DNA of 64,000 nucleotides, taken from contig CM059432.1 of the NCBI GenBank assembly GCA_030390025.1, forward strand, positions 49,726,001 through 49,790,000, read 5' to 3'. The notes under the pieces are model-generated. The model ran no database searches. It was not told the origin of the DNA and was given only the letters and a program-made list of their open reading frames with translations. Both the position numbers and the translations under genes were made by a program. This document shows positions 1 through 12,480 of the stretch, in pieces (position 1 is the first letter of the stretch; each line of letters starts with the position of its first letter). Source of the DNA: Squalus acanthias (Eukaryota).

Positions 1-192
1 CGTTTATAGGCCCCCTAACAGTAGCTATACCGTTGGACAGAGTATTAATCAACAAATAATAGTAGCTTGTAACAAAGGTAATACAATAATCGTGGGGGAC
101 TTTAATCTTCATATAGACTGGAAAAATCAAATTGGCAAAGGTAGTCTGGAGCACGAGTTCATGGAATGCATTTGAGACAGTTTCCTAGAACA

Positions 193-2917
193 ATACATAG
201 ATACATAGATACATAGAAGATAGGAGCAGGAGTAGGCCATCCGGCCCTTCGAGCCTGCTCCGCCATTCAATGAGATCATGGCTGATCCTCCAATTCAGTA
301 TCCCGTCCCCGCCTTCTCTCCGTAACCCTTAACCCCTTTTGCCTGTAGAAATATATCTAATTCCCTCTTAAATATATTTAATGAGCTGGCGTACACTGCC
401 CTCTGTGGCAATGAGTTCCACAGGTTCACCACCCTCTGAGTGAAGAAATTCCCCCTCATTTCTGTCCTAAATGGTTTAGCCCTTATCCTTAAATTATGTC
501 CTCTAGTTCTGTTCTCACCCGCCAAGGGAAACATTCCTTCTGCATCTAGTCTGTCTAGACCTGTCAGAATTTTATACACTTCTATGAGGTCCCCTCTCAA
601 TCTTCTAAACTCCAGTGTGTACATCCCTAAACTACATAGTCTCTCCTCATAGGTCAATCCCGCCATTCCTGGTATCAGCCTGGTGAATCGCCGCTGCACC
701 CCCTCCATGGCAAGAACATCTTTCCTCAGATGAGGCGACCAAAACTGTACACAGTACTCGAGGTGTGGTCTCACCAGTGCCCTGTACAGCTGCAGCAAGG
801 TATCCCTGTTCCTGTATTCCAACCCTTTTGCTATGAAGGCCAGCATACCGTTTGCCTTCTTGACCGCCTGTTGCACCTGCATGCTCGCCTTCAGTGACTG
901 GTGTACAAGAACACCCAGGTCTCTCTGTACTTCCCCCTCTCCCAATTTATTGCCATTTAAATAATAATTTGCCCTCCCGTTCCTGCACCCAAGGTGGATA
1001 ACTTCGCACTTGTCCACATTATAGTGCATCTGCCATTTATCCGCCCAATCACCCAGTCTGTCCAAATCGCTCTGGAGCTTCCTGGTCTCCTCCTCTGAGC
1101 CCACCCCCCCTCCTAGTTTAGTGTCGTCTGCAAATTTGGAAATGCTGCATCCGACTCCCTGATCCAGGTCATTAATGTAAATTGTGAACAGCTGGGGACC
1201 CAGGACAGATCCCTGTGGTACCCCACTTGTTACTGCCTGCCATTCAGAAAATGAGCCGTTTATTCCAACTCTCTGTTTTCTATCTGACAGCCAGTTCTCT
1301 ATCCACGTCAATACTTTCCCCTTTATCCCATGAGCTTCAATTTTCCATGCTAATCTTTTATGTGGGACCTTATCGAAGGCCTTTTGGAAGTCCAGGTACA
1401 CCACATCTACTGGCTCTCCCCCATCTATTTTACCAGTTACTCCCTCAAAAAATTCCAATAGATTAGTCAAGCACGATTTACCCCTTGTAAATCCATGTTG
1501 ACTCTGTCCTATCCTGTCCCCATTTGCTAAGTGCTCCGCTATTTCATCCTTAATGATGGACTCCAGCATTTTGCCCACAACTGATGTAAGGCTTACAGGT
1601 CTGTAATTACCTGCTTTTTCCCTACCCCCCTTTTTGAATAGTGGGGTAACGTTAGCTACCCTCCAATCCATGGGCACTGTTCCCGAGTCTAATGAATTCT
1701 GAAAAATCATACTTAGTGCATCCGCTATCTCTAGGGCCACCTCCTTCAGTACCCTAGGATGCATGTTATCAGGCCCTGGGGATTTGTCCGCCTTCAATCC
1801 CTTTAGCTTCCTTAACACCATATCCTTAGAGATATTGATTTGCGTCAGTTCCTCCTTTGCCAATGTCCCTATTTTTCCCGATATCCCAGGGAGGTTTTTT
1901 GTGTCTTCCTTCGTAAAGACTGACCCAAAGTATGCATTTAGTTGGTCTGCCATTTCCTTATTTCCCGTTATATATTCCCCCGTATCTGACTGCAATGGAC
2001 CAACTTTGGTTTTCACCAGTCTTTTCCTCTTGATATACTTATAAAAGCTTTTGGAGTTAGTTTTTATATTTTCCGCCAGCTTGCTTTCGTAAGCTATTTT
2101 GCCCCTCTTGATTAAGCCCTTTGTCCTCCTTTGCTCTATCTTAAACTGTTCCCAATCTTCCACTCTGGCGCTTTTTTTGGCTATTTTATACGCCTATCTT
2201 TGGATTTTATGCTGTCTCTAATTTCCCCTGTTATCCACGGTTGAGTCACCTTTTTAGATTTCCTTTTATGCCAGATTGGTATAAACAATTTTTGCAATTT
2301 TGTCATTCTATCTTTAAATGCTTGCCATTGTTTATCTACCTCCAGTCCTCCCAGGAACGTTGTCCAATCAGACCTACTCAGTTCCCGTCTAATGGCATCA
2401 TAATTCCCCTTGTTTAAATTCAGGACCTTAGTCTCTGAGTCAATTTCTTCGCTCTCCATTTCGAGTGAGAAATCGATCATGTTATGATCGCTCTGACCCA
2501 TGGGTCCCCGTACAACAAGATTACTAATTAGTCCCTTCTCATTGCACAGTACCCAGTCCAATATAGCCTGTTCCCGAGTTGGTTCCTCGACATATTGATC
2601 CAGATAACCATCCCTTAAACACTCAAGGAATTCCTCCTCCTCATTATTTTTACTGATTAGGCTAGTCCAATCTATATGTAAGTTAAAGTCACCTATGATG
2701 ACAGCTGTGCTCTTATTGCACGCTTCTCTAATTTCCCTCGTGATGCCCTCCCCAACCTCTATTTTACTATTTGGAGGCCTATATACCACTCCTATTAATG
2801 TTTTTCGCCCCTCGCTATTTCTTAGCTCCACCCATATAGATTCTGTATTAACTGAGTTAATATCCTTCCTTTCAATTGCATTTATCCCCTCTTTTACCAG
2901 CAATGCTACCCCTCCTC
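193..2917 (-). mobile_element. Young 5'-truncated CR1 LINE inserted antisense into the older CR1
   Basis: ORFs 2181-2903 (APE: VYRPP, GDFN, SDHN) and 295-2163 (RT: NYRPVSL, GVPQGSVLGP, FADD). 3' tail is a (CTATGTAT)n octamer at 193-216. Confidence 0.95.
295..2903 (-). pseudogene. CR1 ORF2 endonuclease-reverse transcriptase, 5'-truncated, one frameshift near 2195
   Basis: Two long ORFs join if one base is restored in GAT-AG-GCG-TAT-AAA (KD.AYKIAKK), giving a continuous CR1 ORF2. Confidence 0.88.
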
Positions 2918-4539
2918 CAGGGAACAGGTTATTTTAAATCTTGTATAGTGTAATGATACAGGGTTAATTAGTAATCTCCTAGTAAAGGATCCTCTGGGGA
3001 AGAGTGATCATAATATGATAGAATTTCACATTGAGGTTGAGAGTGAAATATTTATGTCTGAAACGAGAGTCTTAAACTTAAATAAAGCCAATTACATAGG
3101 TATGAGGGGCAGTTGGCTAAGGTAGATTGTGAAATTAGATTAAAAGGTATGACAATAGATAAACAGTGGCAAATATTGAAAGAAATATTCCAAAATTCTC
3201 AACAAATATACATTCCATTGAGAAATAAAAACTCCATGGGAAAAGTGATCCATCCGTGTCTAACTAAAGAAGTTAAGGATAGTATTAGATTAAAAGAAAT
3301 GGCTTATAATGTTGCAAAGAATAATAATAAGCCTAAGGCTTGGGAGAGCTTTAGAAACCAGCAAAGGATAACCAAACAATTGATCAAAAGGGAGAAAATA
3401 GAATAATGGAGTAAACTAGAAAGAAATACAAAAACAGATTTTAAAAGCTTCGACAAGTATGTAAAAAGAAAGAGAGTAGCAAAAATAAGCATTGGTTCCT
3501 TACAGGCTGAGACAGGAGAAATTATAATGGGGAATAAGGAAATGGCAGAGACTTTAAACAAATATTTTATATCTGTCTTCATAGTAGAAGACACAAAAAG
3601 CATACCAAAAATAGTGGGGAACCAAGGGGTTAATAAGAGTGAGGAACTTAAAGTAATTAATATCAGTAGAGAAAAAGTACCTGAGAAACTAATGGGACTA
3701 AAAGCCGAAAAATTCCCTGGAGCTGGTGGCCTACATCCTAGGGTTCTAAAAGAGGTGGCTACAGAGATAGTGGATGCATTGGTTGTGATCTTCCCAAATT
3801 CCCTAGATTCTACAATTGTCCCAGCGGATTGGAAGGTAGCAAATGTAACCCCACTATTCAAGGACAGAGGACAGAGAAAACAGGGAACTACAGTTCAGTT
3901 AGCCTGACATCAGTCGTCGGGGAAGTGCTAACAGGGCACTTAGAAAATCATAATATAATTAGGCAGAGTCAACATGGTTTTATGAAAGAAAAATTGTGTT
4001 TAACAAATTTATTGGAAATTTTTGAGGATGTAACTAGCAGGGTAGATAAAGGGGAACCAGTGGATGCAGTATATTTTGATTTCCAAAAGGCATTCGTTAA
4101 GGTGCCACATAAAAGGTTGCTACACAAGATAAGGGCTCATGGGGTTGGTGGTAATGTATTAGTATGGCTAGAGGATTGGTTAACAGACAGAAAACAGAGC
4201 GTAGGGATAAATGGGCCATTTTCTGATTGGCAGGCTGTAACTAGTGGCTGCCGCAAGGCTCAGTGCTTTGGCCTCAGCTACTTACAATCTATATTAATGA
4301 CTTAGATGAAGGGACCAAATGCAATGTATCCAAGTTTGCTGACAATACAAAGCTAGGTGGGAAAGTAAGCTGTGAGGAGGACATAAAGAGCCTGCAAAGG
4401 TATATAGACAAGTTAATTGAGTAGGCAATAAGGTGGCAGATGGAGTATAATGTGGGGAAATGTGAGGTTATTCACTTTGGTAGGAAGAATAGAAAAACAG
4501 AATATTTTTTAAATGGTGAGAAACAATTAATGTTGGTAT

Positions 4540-5441
4540 TGTAAGATCTTAATGATCTCTGAGTTCTTGGACAAGACACCAATAGGCAGCAGCCAATATG
4601 TTTGAGCAATAGATCAAGATTTATTAAGCTTACAGCATAATATACTTAATACTAGGTGATAGTTTTAACGAGTAGCTCGCAGCCCTTGGTCTCTGGAACC
4701 TCTCGGACACGGATGACGTCGTCTTAAGTCTGTTCCTTTGTTCTCGCAGTACGTCTGTGTGAAGTTGTTCTTTGAGTATTGAGGTTTTAACCCTTTTCTT
4801 ATCAACAGTTCATTTGGCCAGTGTCCATATATGGTCTTTAACAAAATCACCTTTTATAATTGGTTCTAATGGTCAAAATACCATGGTCACTCAGACTAAG
4901 GTAGCATCCCGCCTTTCCAGTATTTTTCCACCAACTTTGCCATGTTCAGTGTTATCTTGTTTATAGTTTTTCACCCCATTGGAATGTACTTTATCTCTTT
5001 CATTTCTAGCTTCCCAGGTACAAGGCCTTTATACCAAGGGCCCAAATCAGCGCTGTTTCACTAGTCTTGAGGTATCCCAACTATCTCACTTTAATCCACC
5101 AGATAAATGCCTTATCTCCATGGTCTCTCTCATTTATGTCCTTATACTAATTATTTTTAAATATCATTGCAATTAGCTTTGTTAAGCGAATTCTAAGTTC
5201 TATACAGCATTATAATATGTTATTTAATGATTTAACCTTCACTCGCAGTCTGTGGCTATTTGTTATCAAAACTTAGTCAAAACTGCTTTTGACTGTCTGT
5301 AGCTACATTTTGAACAAGTCTTAGCTTTTTTAGTTACCCAGGAGTAATTATGGGTAATATTATTTGGTCAATGGCTACACTTGAGTTATACATATATGAT
5401 TTTCGTCTACTAAATATCTTTAAATACCAGCCTTTCGTACA
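4540..5441 (-). mobile_element. Solo LTR (902 bp)
   Basis: TG..CA ends (TGTAAG..CGTACA) and 4-bp TSD GTAT/GTGT. It cleanly interrupts the CR1 RT sequence (GTTGGTGTTCAGAG). AATAAA on the minus strand at 4620-4625, about 80 nt from the end. Confidence 0.8.
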
Positions 5442-5577
5442 GTGTTCAGAGAGATTTAGGTGTCCTCGTACAGGAAACACAGAAAGTTAACATGCAGGTG
5501 CAGCAAGCAATTAGGAAGGCAAATGGCATGTTGGCCTTTATTGCAAGGATGTTGGAGTACAAGATTAAGGAAGTCTT

Positions 5578-6024
5578 AGCTATGAGTTAGATTGGATGGG
5601 CTGGGGTTGTTTTCTTTGGAAAAGAGGAGGCTGAGGGGAGACCTAATTGAGGTGTATAAAATTATGAGGGGCCTAGATAGAGTGGATAGGAAGGACCTAT
5701 TTCCCTTAGCAGTAGGGTCAATAACCAGGGGGCATAGATTTAAAGTAATTGGTCGGAGGTTTAGAGGGATTTGAGGAGAATTTTTTTCACCCAGAGGGTG
5801 GTGGGCGTCTGGAACTCACTGCCTGAAAGGATGGTAGAGGCAGAGACCCTCATCACATTTAAAAAGTACTTGGATATGCACTTGAAGTGCCATAACCTAC
5901 AAGGTTACGGACCAAGTGCTGGAAAGTGGGATTAGGGTGGATAGCTCTTTGTCGGCCGGCACGGACAAGATGGGCCAAATGGCTTCCTTCTGTGCTGTAA
6001 ATTTCTATGATTCTATGATTCTAT
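5578..6024 (+). mobile_element. CR1 3'-end fragment nested in the old CR1
   Basis: LGLFSLEKRRLRGDLIEVYKIM..TRGH, then 3' UTR and an (ATTCTATG)n tail ending about 6024, after which the host CR1 resumes. Confidence 0.85.
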
Positions 6025-6869
6025 ACTACAATTGTACAGGGCTTTGGTGAGACTACACCTGGAGGACTGTGCACCAGGGAGGCAACATACCTTCCTGGAA
6101 TCACATCTGCGGCCACAGAAACGCCTGTCTGTTCCCCATACTATCGAATCCCCTACCACTATTGCAAGATGTACTTAGGGGACTCCTGCACTACCTGCCT
6201 GGTCTTCCTTGTCTGTCTGATGGTCACCCATTCCCTCTCTGCCTGCACACTCTTACGCTGCAGGGTGACCACCTCCTGAAATGTGCTATCCACGTAGCTC
6301 TCAGCCTCATGGATGCACCGCAGTGACGCCAGCTGCTGCTCAAACTCCGAAACCCAGAGCTTGAGCTCCTCCAGCCAACGACACTTCCTGCACACGTGGT
6401 TGTCCAGGACACGGGAAGCATCCTGGAGTTCCCACATGGCATAGGATGTGCATTCCACGGGACTATTTATTCAACTATTAACTAACTTACAGAAATAAAC
6501 TTCAGACTAAGGGCTAGAAATTCATGATAGCCAAGGAATAGGCGGTGTCAGTCGAAATGTTGGAGAATTAGTGCCAGGCACAAATGTTTTAGACTGCACG
6601 CAAAATTCGTGCTCACTGCTCAAAATAATGATTGGAGTCCTAATTCATGTCTTAAAACCTAAGCTCATTGGCTTTACACTCAAAGGGTGGACCAATATCA
6701 AGTGCAGTCTAATCGCAAGTTATGATTGCCACAGGCTTTTTTCACTTCTTAAAGGGGAGGTTCATTGATGCTGCAGCACCTCATTGTCAGCATTGCTGGC
6801 TTTGCAGCTGCTTCAGCAAGCAGAAGCAGAATTAGGAGAAGGAGCCGAAGGACTGAACCAGTTGTGCTC

Positions 6870-8495
6870 ATGGCAGATCCACGCCCCAGGGAGAGAGCCT
6901 GTAGATTCTGCGATGAAGCATTGGAGGCATTGGTTTTCGCTGTGGAGAGATGGACGGCAAGTGGCAGGAGGCCCTTGCCACAAGTCTTCCGCACCATGTG
7001 GAAGGAGGTAGCGCAGCATGTCTCGGGCAGCACTGTGATTCCTAGGACCCACACACAGTGCAGGAAGAAATTTAATGACCTCACTCGGGTGGTCAGGGTA
7101 AGTCAATGCTTCAACAAATGCTACATACCACCGTCTGAGCCACAGTCTTCACACACTGCCCAAAGCACCACATCCCCAGCACTCACCCAGCAACAATCTC
7201 CACCTACCAACACTCACACCCACATCTCACACCTTGCACACAATGACAGCTATTCAACTATGGCAGGCACATCACCCAAACATATTGCTCCACCCTCACT
7301 CACAAACTTACCTTTCTCTTGCAGACCAAGGTGGCTCACAACAGGAGGGAGCAGGATCGCACAGGCGGGGGACAAGCTGACACCCAACCATTGTCTGTGC
7401 TGGAGAATCGAGTGCTGCAGATTATTGGGGGTCAGGTGGTGGGCGCCGTGGCCACCGGCGACATTGACCCCCTTGGGGACAACAACGGTATGTTCATTCC
7501 TACTCCTTCCATTCACATCACACTTCCACCTCACCCCACAAGCATTTTGCACTGTCCAGCTAATCATGGTGTATGCATGCGTTTCTCTCTTTCTCCCCCC
7601 ACTTCCCCTCACCTTAACCTGACTCTTGTGCCTTTATGCTTACAGATAATCAGCAAGCACCTGAGCAGTCTGTCCCTGAGGGCACCGTAGATAGCGAGGC
7701 GGGAGAAGAGGAGGAGGAAGAAGACACTGCGTCATTGCATGTCTCACCCGCAGACACCAGCTCAGATCCTGGCACTACACATTCTTTAGAGGCTAGCATA
7801 GTAGCGGGATCTGTACAGAGTGAGCCACCGGGGCGAGTGGGCTGCAGCAAGGCCAGGGAGAAAGGGTAGCTCGGGGGCCAGCTCCCTGGAGATGCCACGT
7901 GTGATGGGCGATCTGGCAGCTTCCAGTTCAGCACAGGTGGAAGCGACACAACGTCTTAGTGCTGTAATGCAGTCTATGATTGGTGGTATCCAATCTCAGT
8001 CTGCTCTCATGTAGTCTCAGCTTGATGCCATGCAAGCTCTGACTGCTGCCATCGTGGCTGGGTCTATCACCGTCGACCGGGGCTTTCATTGTGTGACAGC
8101 AGGCCAGCAATCTGTGCTCCAACAGATTGCTAGGGATGCTGTGGTGCTGCCCCAGGGAAGTGGCAGTGTGTCAGTGGAGCAGGAACTTGCTGTCCTCTCT
8201 CAGGATGACAGCATTCCTGCTCCCACCACTGCCACTCCGCCATTGCACTTGCCTGTCCTCCAGCCAGCTCAGATTGCTGCCTGCCCATGCTGAGGTGGTG
8301 CAGTCTACAACCGGTCCTTCCAGGTCCAGAGCTGTTCGAGGCCGTCCTGCAAGGCCATCTGAAGTCTCCTGCATGGACACTCAGCAGCCTTCCACCAGCC
8401 CTGCTGCAGCCACTGGGCCAACACTTCATAGGAGCACTAGAGCAGGAAAAAGCACAGTAACGAGAGGCACTAAGGGATTGCACAAGGGTGAATAG
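6870..8495 (+). pseudogene. Harbinger Myb/SANT-like (trihelix, MSANTD-type) accessory gene; exons 6870-7097, 7325-7487, 7646-~8495
   Basis: RF.DEALEALV..WKEVA..RTHTQCRKKFNDL, then GTAAGT. Exon 2 KVAHNRREQDRTGGG has canonical AG/GT sites. Intron phases 0 and 1. Exon 3 has stops and frameshifts. Confidence 0.85.
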
Positions 8496-8655
8496 TTAAT
8501 ACTATTGGTTTAAAAATGTGTTCACTGATTTTTGATAAATTTATTAATTCACTTACCATTTTTTTGTGATGTCTGTCATTTCAGCTTTGCGCTGTGATAC
8601 GGCCTGCGAGCTGGATGGAATGTTGGGGATGTGGTGAGCAATGGGGATCTGGGCT

Positions 8656-8931
8656 TTAAGTCATCCTGGTGGGAGGCTGAAGGTCTGTTTGGAGGAGGTG
8701 GTAGAGTTCCGTGACCACCTTCTTGGTGAGGCGGAGCCATCTAATACACTGCTCCTCGCTTCATTGAAGGTAGAAGTGCTCTCGGAATACCCTCAGAGGG
8801 TAAGGCCTCCTGGTGAGCGCCCTGATGTCCCTCCTCATCTCGCTGCGCACATGTTCCTGTCTTTCTCGCTGCCTACGCTCCCTCCGCTGCAGATCCTGGA
8901 GGCTGAGGTGGCATGCCAGCACAGCCCCCAT
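8656..8931 (-). pseudogene. Harbinger transposase N-terminal remnant (catalytic DDE region deleted)
   Basis: My translation: MGAVLA..RRPYPLRVFREHFYLQ*SEEQCIRWLRLTKKVVTELYHLLQTDLQP. Homologous to [37 protein letters not shown] at 58100-58250. Confidence 0.8.
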
Positions 8932-10004
8932 TCATGTCACCAAGTGTAGCAGTTTGATTTTTTGAAGAATAAATGTAACTACTTTTTAGATGCCAGATCA
9001 CTCCTGATACAAAAGAACCTTGAAATTACTGAATGAAACATGTTGCAGTATGTGAAACTGAGAAGACTGAAACTGCACTAACCTGACAGCTGCGAGTCAT
9101 TATTTATGTTCCTTTTAAATAACATCCCTGGAGCCGGCTTCCTGGTGCTGCATGCCAGCTCTCCCTGGCGGTGTTTACTCCAGGTGCTAAGGTATGTTGT
9201 GAGAATCAATTTAGCAGATCGGTCGGTCAGTGAGCGTTGCACACTCACTGATGTCACGATCCACCTGGCGTTGATGTTCCCGGCGATACCTGTTACCGGC
9301 GGCACCACGGGGAGCGGAATTTGGCATGCGGCGCTGGATTCGCCTTGCCCCGGTGACACTGCTCTAGTGCTCCATTAGCACCATCTGCTGGTGCTAACGG
9401 GAGGTGCTAAGGGGACGAATTTTTCCCCCAAGAGTCTTATAAGTCGAGCCTACATTTATCTCCGGCCGCTCCTCTTGCTCTCTTAGTTAAAGTCTTTATT
9501 CACATGATTATTTATAGTTATATTAATTTGTTTCTCTCATTAAGTTAGAGAGATAAAATGCTAATACTCCCCTACCAATCACCTACCTGCTGTCCTGTGA
9601 TGTCACTCCTTGATTTTGCTGTTCTCTTGGAATTCACCAGATTTATTCTGCCGCCTCAGATGCCGACTCCTTCCAGGTCCGCTACCTCAGCCTCCCGCCC
9701 TCTTTATTTTCTGCTGCCACCTCAGATACCAACTCCTTCCAATTAGCTGCATGGCGGATTCAGTGCAGTCATAATATTGAACCATTGATGGTGGTGATGA
9801 TTTTAATCATATTGATGCAAAAATGCAGCACAATTGAGAAGTACTTGCTGGTATTGACATAAATAAGGTAACCTCTGAAAGGTCATCTTGAACTGTTTAC
9901 AGATTGCACTAGTTACAACCCATTTCTAACAATTTAATTTAATTTAATTTAGGTAGTCTTTGGTAGTACCGTTCTATTTGTTCTGGTAATGTGTTCAGTA
10001 CAGG

Positions 10005-10731
10005 TAGGGCACTTTTTATTGCCCATCCCTAGATGCCCTGAGGGCATTAAGAATGAACCACATAGCATGGGATTGGAGTCGCATATCGACCAGATCAGTC
10101 ACGGGTGACAGGTCCCTTCACTGAACAGCATTAATGTCAGCCATGGCTCAGTGGGTAGCATTCTCGCCCCTGAGTCAGAAGGTTGTGGGTTCAAGTCCCA
10201 CTCCAGAGACTTGAGCACAAAAATATAGGCTGACACTCCAGTGCAGTGCTGAGGGAGTGCGGCACTGTCGGAGAGGCTGTCTTTCAGATGAGATGTTAAA
10301 CCGAGGCCCCATCTGCTCTCTCAGGTGGACGTAAAAGATCCTATGGCACTATTTTGAAGAAGAGCAGGGGAGTGATCCCCGGTGTCATGGCCAATATTTA
10401 TTCCTCAATCAACATAACAAAAACAGATTATCTGGTCATTATCACATTGTTGTTTGTGGGAGCTTGCTGAACAAAAATTTGCTGCCGTGTTTCCTACATT
10501 ACAACAGTGACTACACTGCAAAAGTATTTAATTTGCTGTAATTTGCTTTGGGACGTCCGGTGGTCATGAAAGGTGCAATATAAATGCAAGTCTTCCTGTT
10601 TTTTTTAACCAGTAGGAATTTTACAACAATGCCGTAGATTTCATGGCCTTTTTCGTGTGCCAGCCTGCAAACTTTGAACTCATGACCTCTGGGTTGCTCA
10701 TCCAGTGCCATAACCTCTAAACTACCATACC
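10005..10731 (-). mobile_element. Short tRNA-headed retroposon (derivative of the ORF1-less LINE), split by a DeuSINE
   Basis: 3' tail TTTATTGCCCATCCCTAG at about 10015 and head ..TTTGAACTCATGACCTCTGG..CATAACC..ACCATACCC at 10673-10731. Both resemble 47370-47753 and the LINE ends. Confidence 0.65.
10136..10605 (+). mobile_element. tRNA-derived DeuSINE (SacSINE1-like)
   Basis: Box A TGGCTCAGTGG and box B GGTTCAAGTCC. Central Deu-domain-like GATCC.ATGGCACTATTT.GAAGAAGAGCAGGG..GGCCAATATTTAT. L2-like tail ATATAAATGCAAGT. Confidence 0.8.
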
Positions 10732-10989
10732 CACAATTAACAACCACAGGCTGTCCTGTCATCTCTTCTCAATCGATATAAAACTCACTAGCTGATAAGC
10801 AGTATTTTCTGGACTCTATAGTGGTATGGGTGGCAATGTAACATTGGCTGCCCCTTGCATCACTGTTTAAATGCGAGTAATAATGCATCAGCAAGTGCAG
10901 TGGAGTGTGTGGCATGAATGCACCTAACAGTGTACCTCAAGTACAATAGCCTATCGGTTATAGTACTGGACTATCAACCCAGAGGTTAT

Positions 10990-11882
10990 GGGGGAAAAAT
11001 TCAGTTGGTGGTGCCTCCCGTTAGCGCCTTAAGAGAGCGCTAATGGGGCGCAAAGCATCTAGCGCCCAGGTGCAGCGAAGTTTGCGCCGCTCGCAAAATT
11101 AACTAGACATTTTGCGGCAGCGCTAAACACTACCGCCACGATCTCCTGCGCCGGCAGATCATGACGTCAGTCGAGTGTGCAACGCCCCGGTATCGCCCCG
11201 GAGTGGATATTGAGTGGCGCCCCCTGCCTTACCGCCTGACGCTAGCAACGACAGGTTGAGGGGAGCGTTCTGCAGTCATGAAGGGAAAGGGGGAACGCTA
11301 TTTAAAGGTGACCGCTTCCTGCCTTTTATTGTTGGTGCCATTTTTGAACTACGCATTCTGAGAGAGAGAGGGAGAGACTTCTGGAGAGATTCAACGTTGT
11401 GTAAAGGAGTTTTGGGTACTGAGCAGCACTTTGCAGGTTCATTTTGATTTGCCATTCCTTGTATCGATTTAGCAGAGACTGTGGGGGCTGCACTCTGGGC
11501 TCTTTGCCTGGTACTCTCCATTGTTCTTTCCAGCACATTTGATGTGCAAGTCTCTCCAGGCCGAGATTCAAGGCTGCAATGAACAGGATGTGGATGGAAA
11601 GCAAGATTAACCATCCCCTTTAAGAACTGGCCCGTGCCATTGTGTGTGTGTTCCATTGCTAACTGACATTACATGAGCTTCGCCAGCGCTCTGAGTTAGC
11701 GCCTCACTCTTCGGCCTTTGCGCCTTAAGACAGGTGTGCAGTGCCTGATTTAGCGCTCCAATCACCTCCCGGGGCGTTAAAAGTGAAGTTTCCAGTCAGT
11801 GGCGATAATTAGCGCCAGGCGCTAATTTTTGCGCCTAGACGATATTTGCGCCCCAAACGGGGCACGACTGAATTTTTCCCCC
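10990..11882. mobile_element. Harbinger-type non-autonomous element / MITE (893 bp)
   Basis: Perfect 16-bp TIR GGGGGAAAAATTCAGT / ACTGAATTTTTCCCCC and TAT TSD. Repeated subterminal TAGCGC/GCGCTAA motifs. It splits a tRNA-headed retroposon (about 10960-12074). Confidence 0.92.
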
Positions 11883-12074
11883 TATGAGTTTAAATCCAAC
11901 CATGGCAATTTGTGAAATTGAATTCAATAAATCTGGTAATTTGTGAGCTGACAGTATGAAAGCAGACAGGTTATCATAAAAATCCAACTGATTTACTAAT
12001 GTCACTCAGGGAAAGGAACTTCCCACCTCTACTCTATATGTGACTCCAGTCCCACATTTTGTGGTTGAGTCTTA

Positions 12075-12480
12075 GGCCTAGAAATTCGTTGATGTCACAA
12101 CCGCCTAATGGGCATAAAACAGGCGCCTAAGCGTCCAATATGGCAGGCGGCATCTGAATGTACATTCATGCTGGAGGTGCGCACCCACTATATTGGTAAA
12201 GACTCTTGTATAGGCTTGCTTCCAGGGCCCGTGCCTGTTTGAGGTATTTTTCCTGAAATTGGGCTGCCCTGATCGTAGCCAGCGCTGGGCTGGCTGTATT
12301 CAGGATAACCATGTCTACATACTGCTACCAAAAATGAAAGTTTTTTTGAAAGTACTGACCTGAAAGTGCTCCTCCTGGCTCCACAGCATTCCTGAAGACC
12401 ATTACAGGCCCTGTGCTCAGCCCCCCCACCAGCCCACACCGATTACCCCCCCCTCTCCTGCAAGCCTCCGCCCGCCCCAT
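12075..12480. mobile_element. Harbinger-type left end (truncated)
   Basis: TTA followed by GGCCTAGAAATTC, resembling the TIR at 6511. It interrupts the tRNA-headed retroposon. No right TIR found. Confidence 0.55.

Larger units (their letters stand above)
1..6074 (+). mobile_element. Old, degraded CR1 LINE ORF2 (APE + RT), split into pieces 1-192, 2918-4539, 5442-5577 and 6025-6074 by later insertions
   Basis: VYRPPNS..IVGDFNLHIDW..FLEQY at 1-195 resumes as REQVILNL..SDHNMIEF at 2918. RT motifs SQHGF, DFQKAF, KFAD follow, with many stops and frameshifts. LQLYRALVR resumes at 6025. Confidence 0.88.
6511..9429. mobile_element. Non-autonomous PIF/Harbinger DNA transposon
   Basis: Imperfect TIRs GGGCTAGAAATTC / GAATTTTTCCCCC with TAA on the left flank (right TSD ambiguous). 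Contains convergent Myb/SANT gene and transposase 5' remnant. Confidence 0.85.
6071..9742 (-). mobile_element. CR1 5' portion (5' UTR 9430-9742 and ORF1 6071-6460 with zinc-finger and esterase parts), interrupted by a Harbinger
   Basis: ECTS..MWE..HVCRKC..LEEL N-terminus. AIVVGDSIV.GTDRRFCG..VCCLPGA SGNH-esterase motif matches the ORF1 at 22518-23090. The UTR assignment of 9430-9742 is less certain. Confidence 0.72.

Noticed and set aside
440..2937. Many short antisense ORFs over CR1 copies (e.g. MKKF..ISVLNGL..)
   Set aside because: Recurrent shadows of the CR1 ORF2 opposite strand.
6765..7622. 285-aa ORF as a single-exon gene
   Set aside because: It is Myb exon 1 reading through intron 1; splice sites and exon-2 homology lie in another frame.
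10136..10210. Functional tRNA genes here, at 44649 or at 63540
   Set aside because: All continue into SINE/LINE bodies and I could not fold complete cloverleaves.
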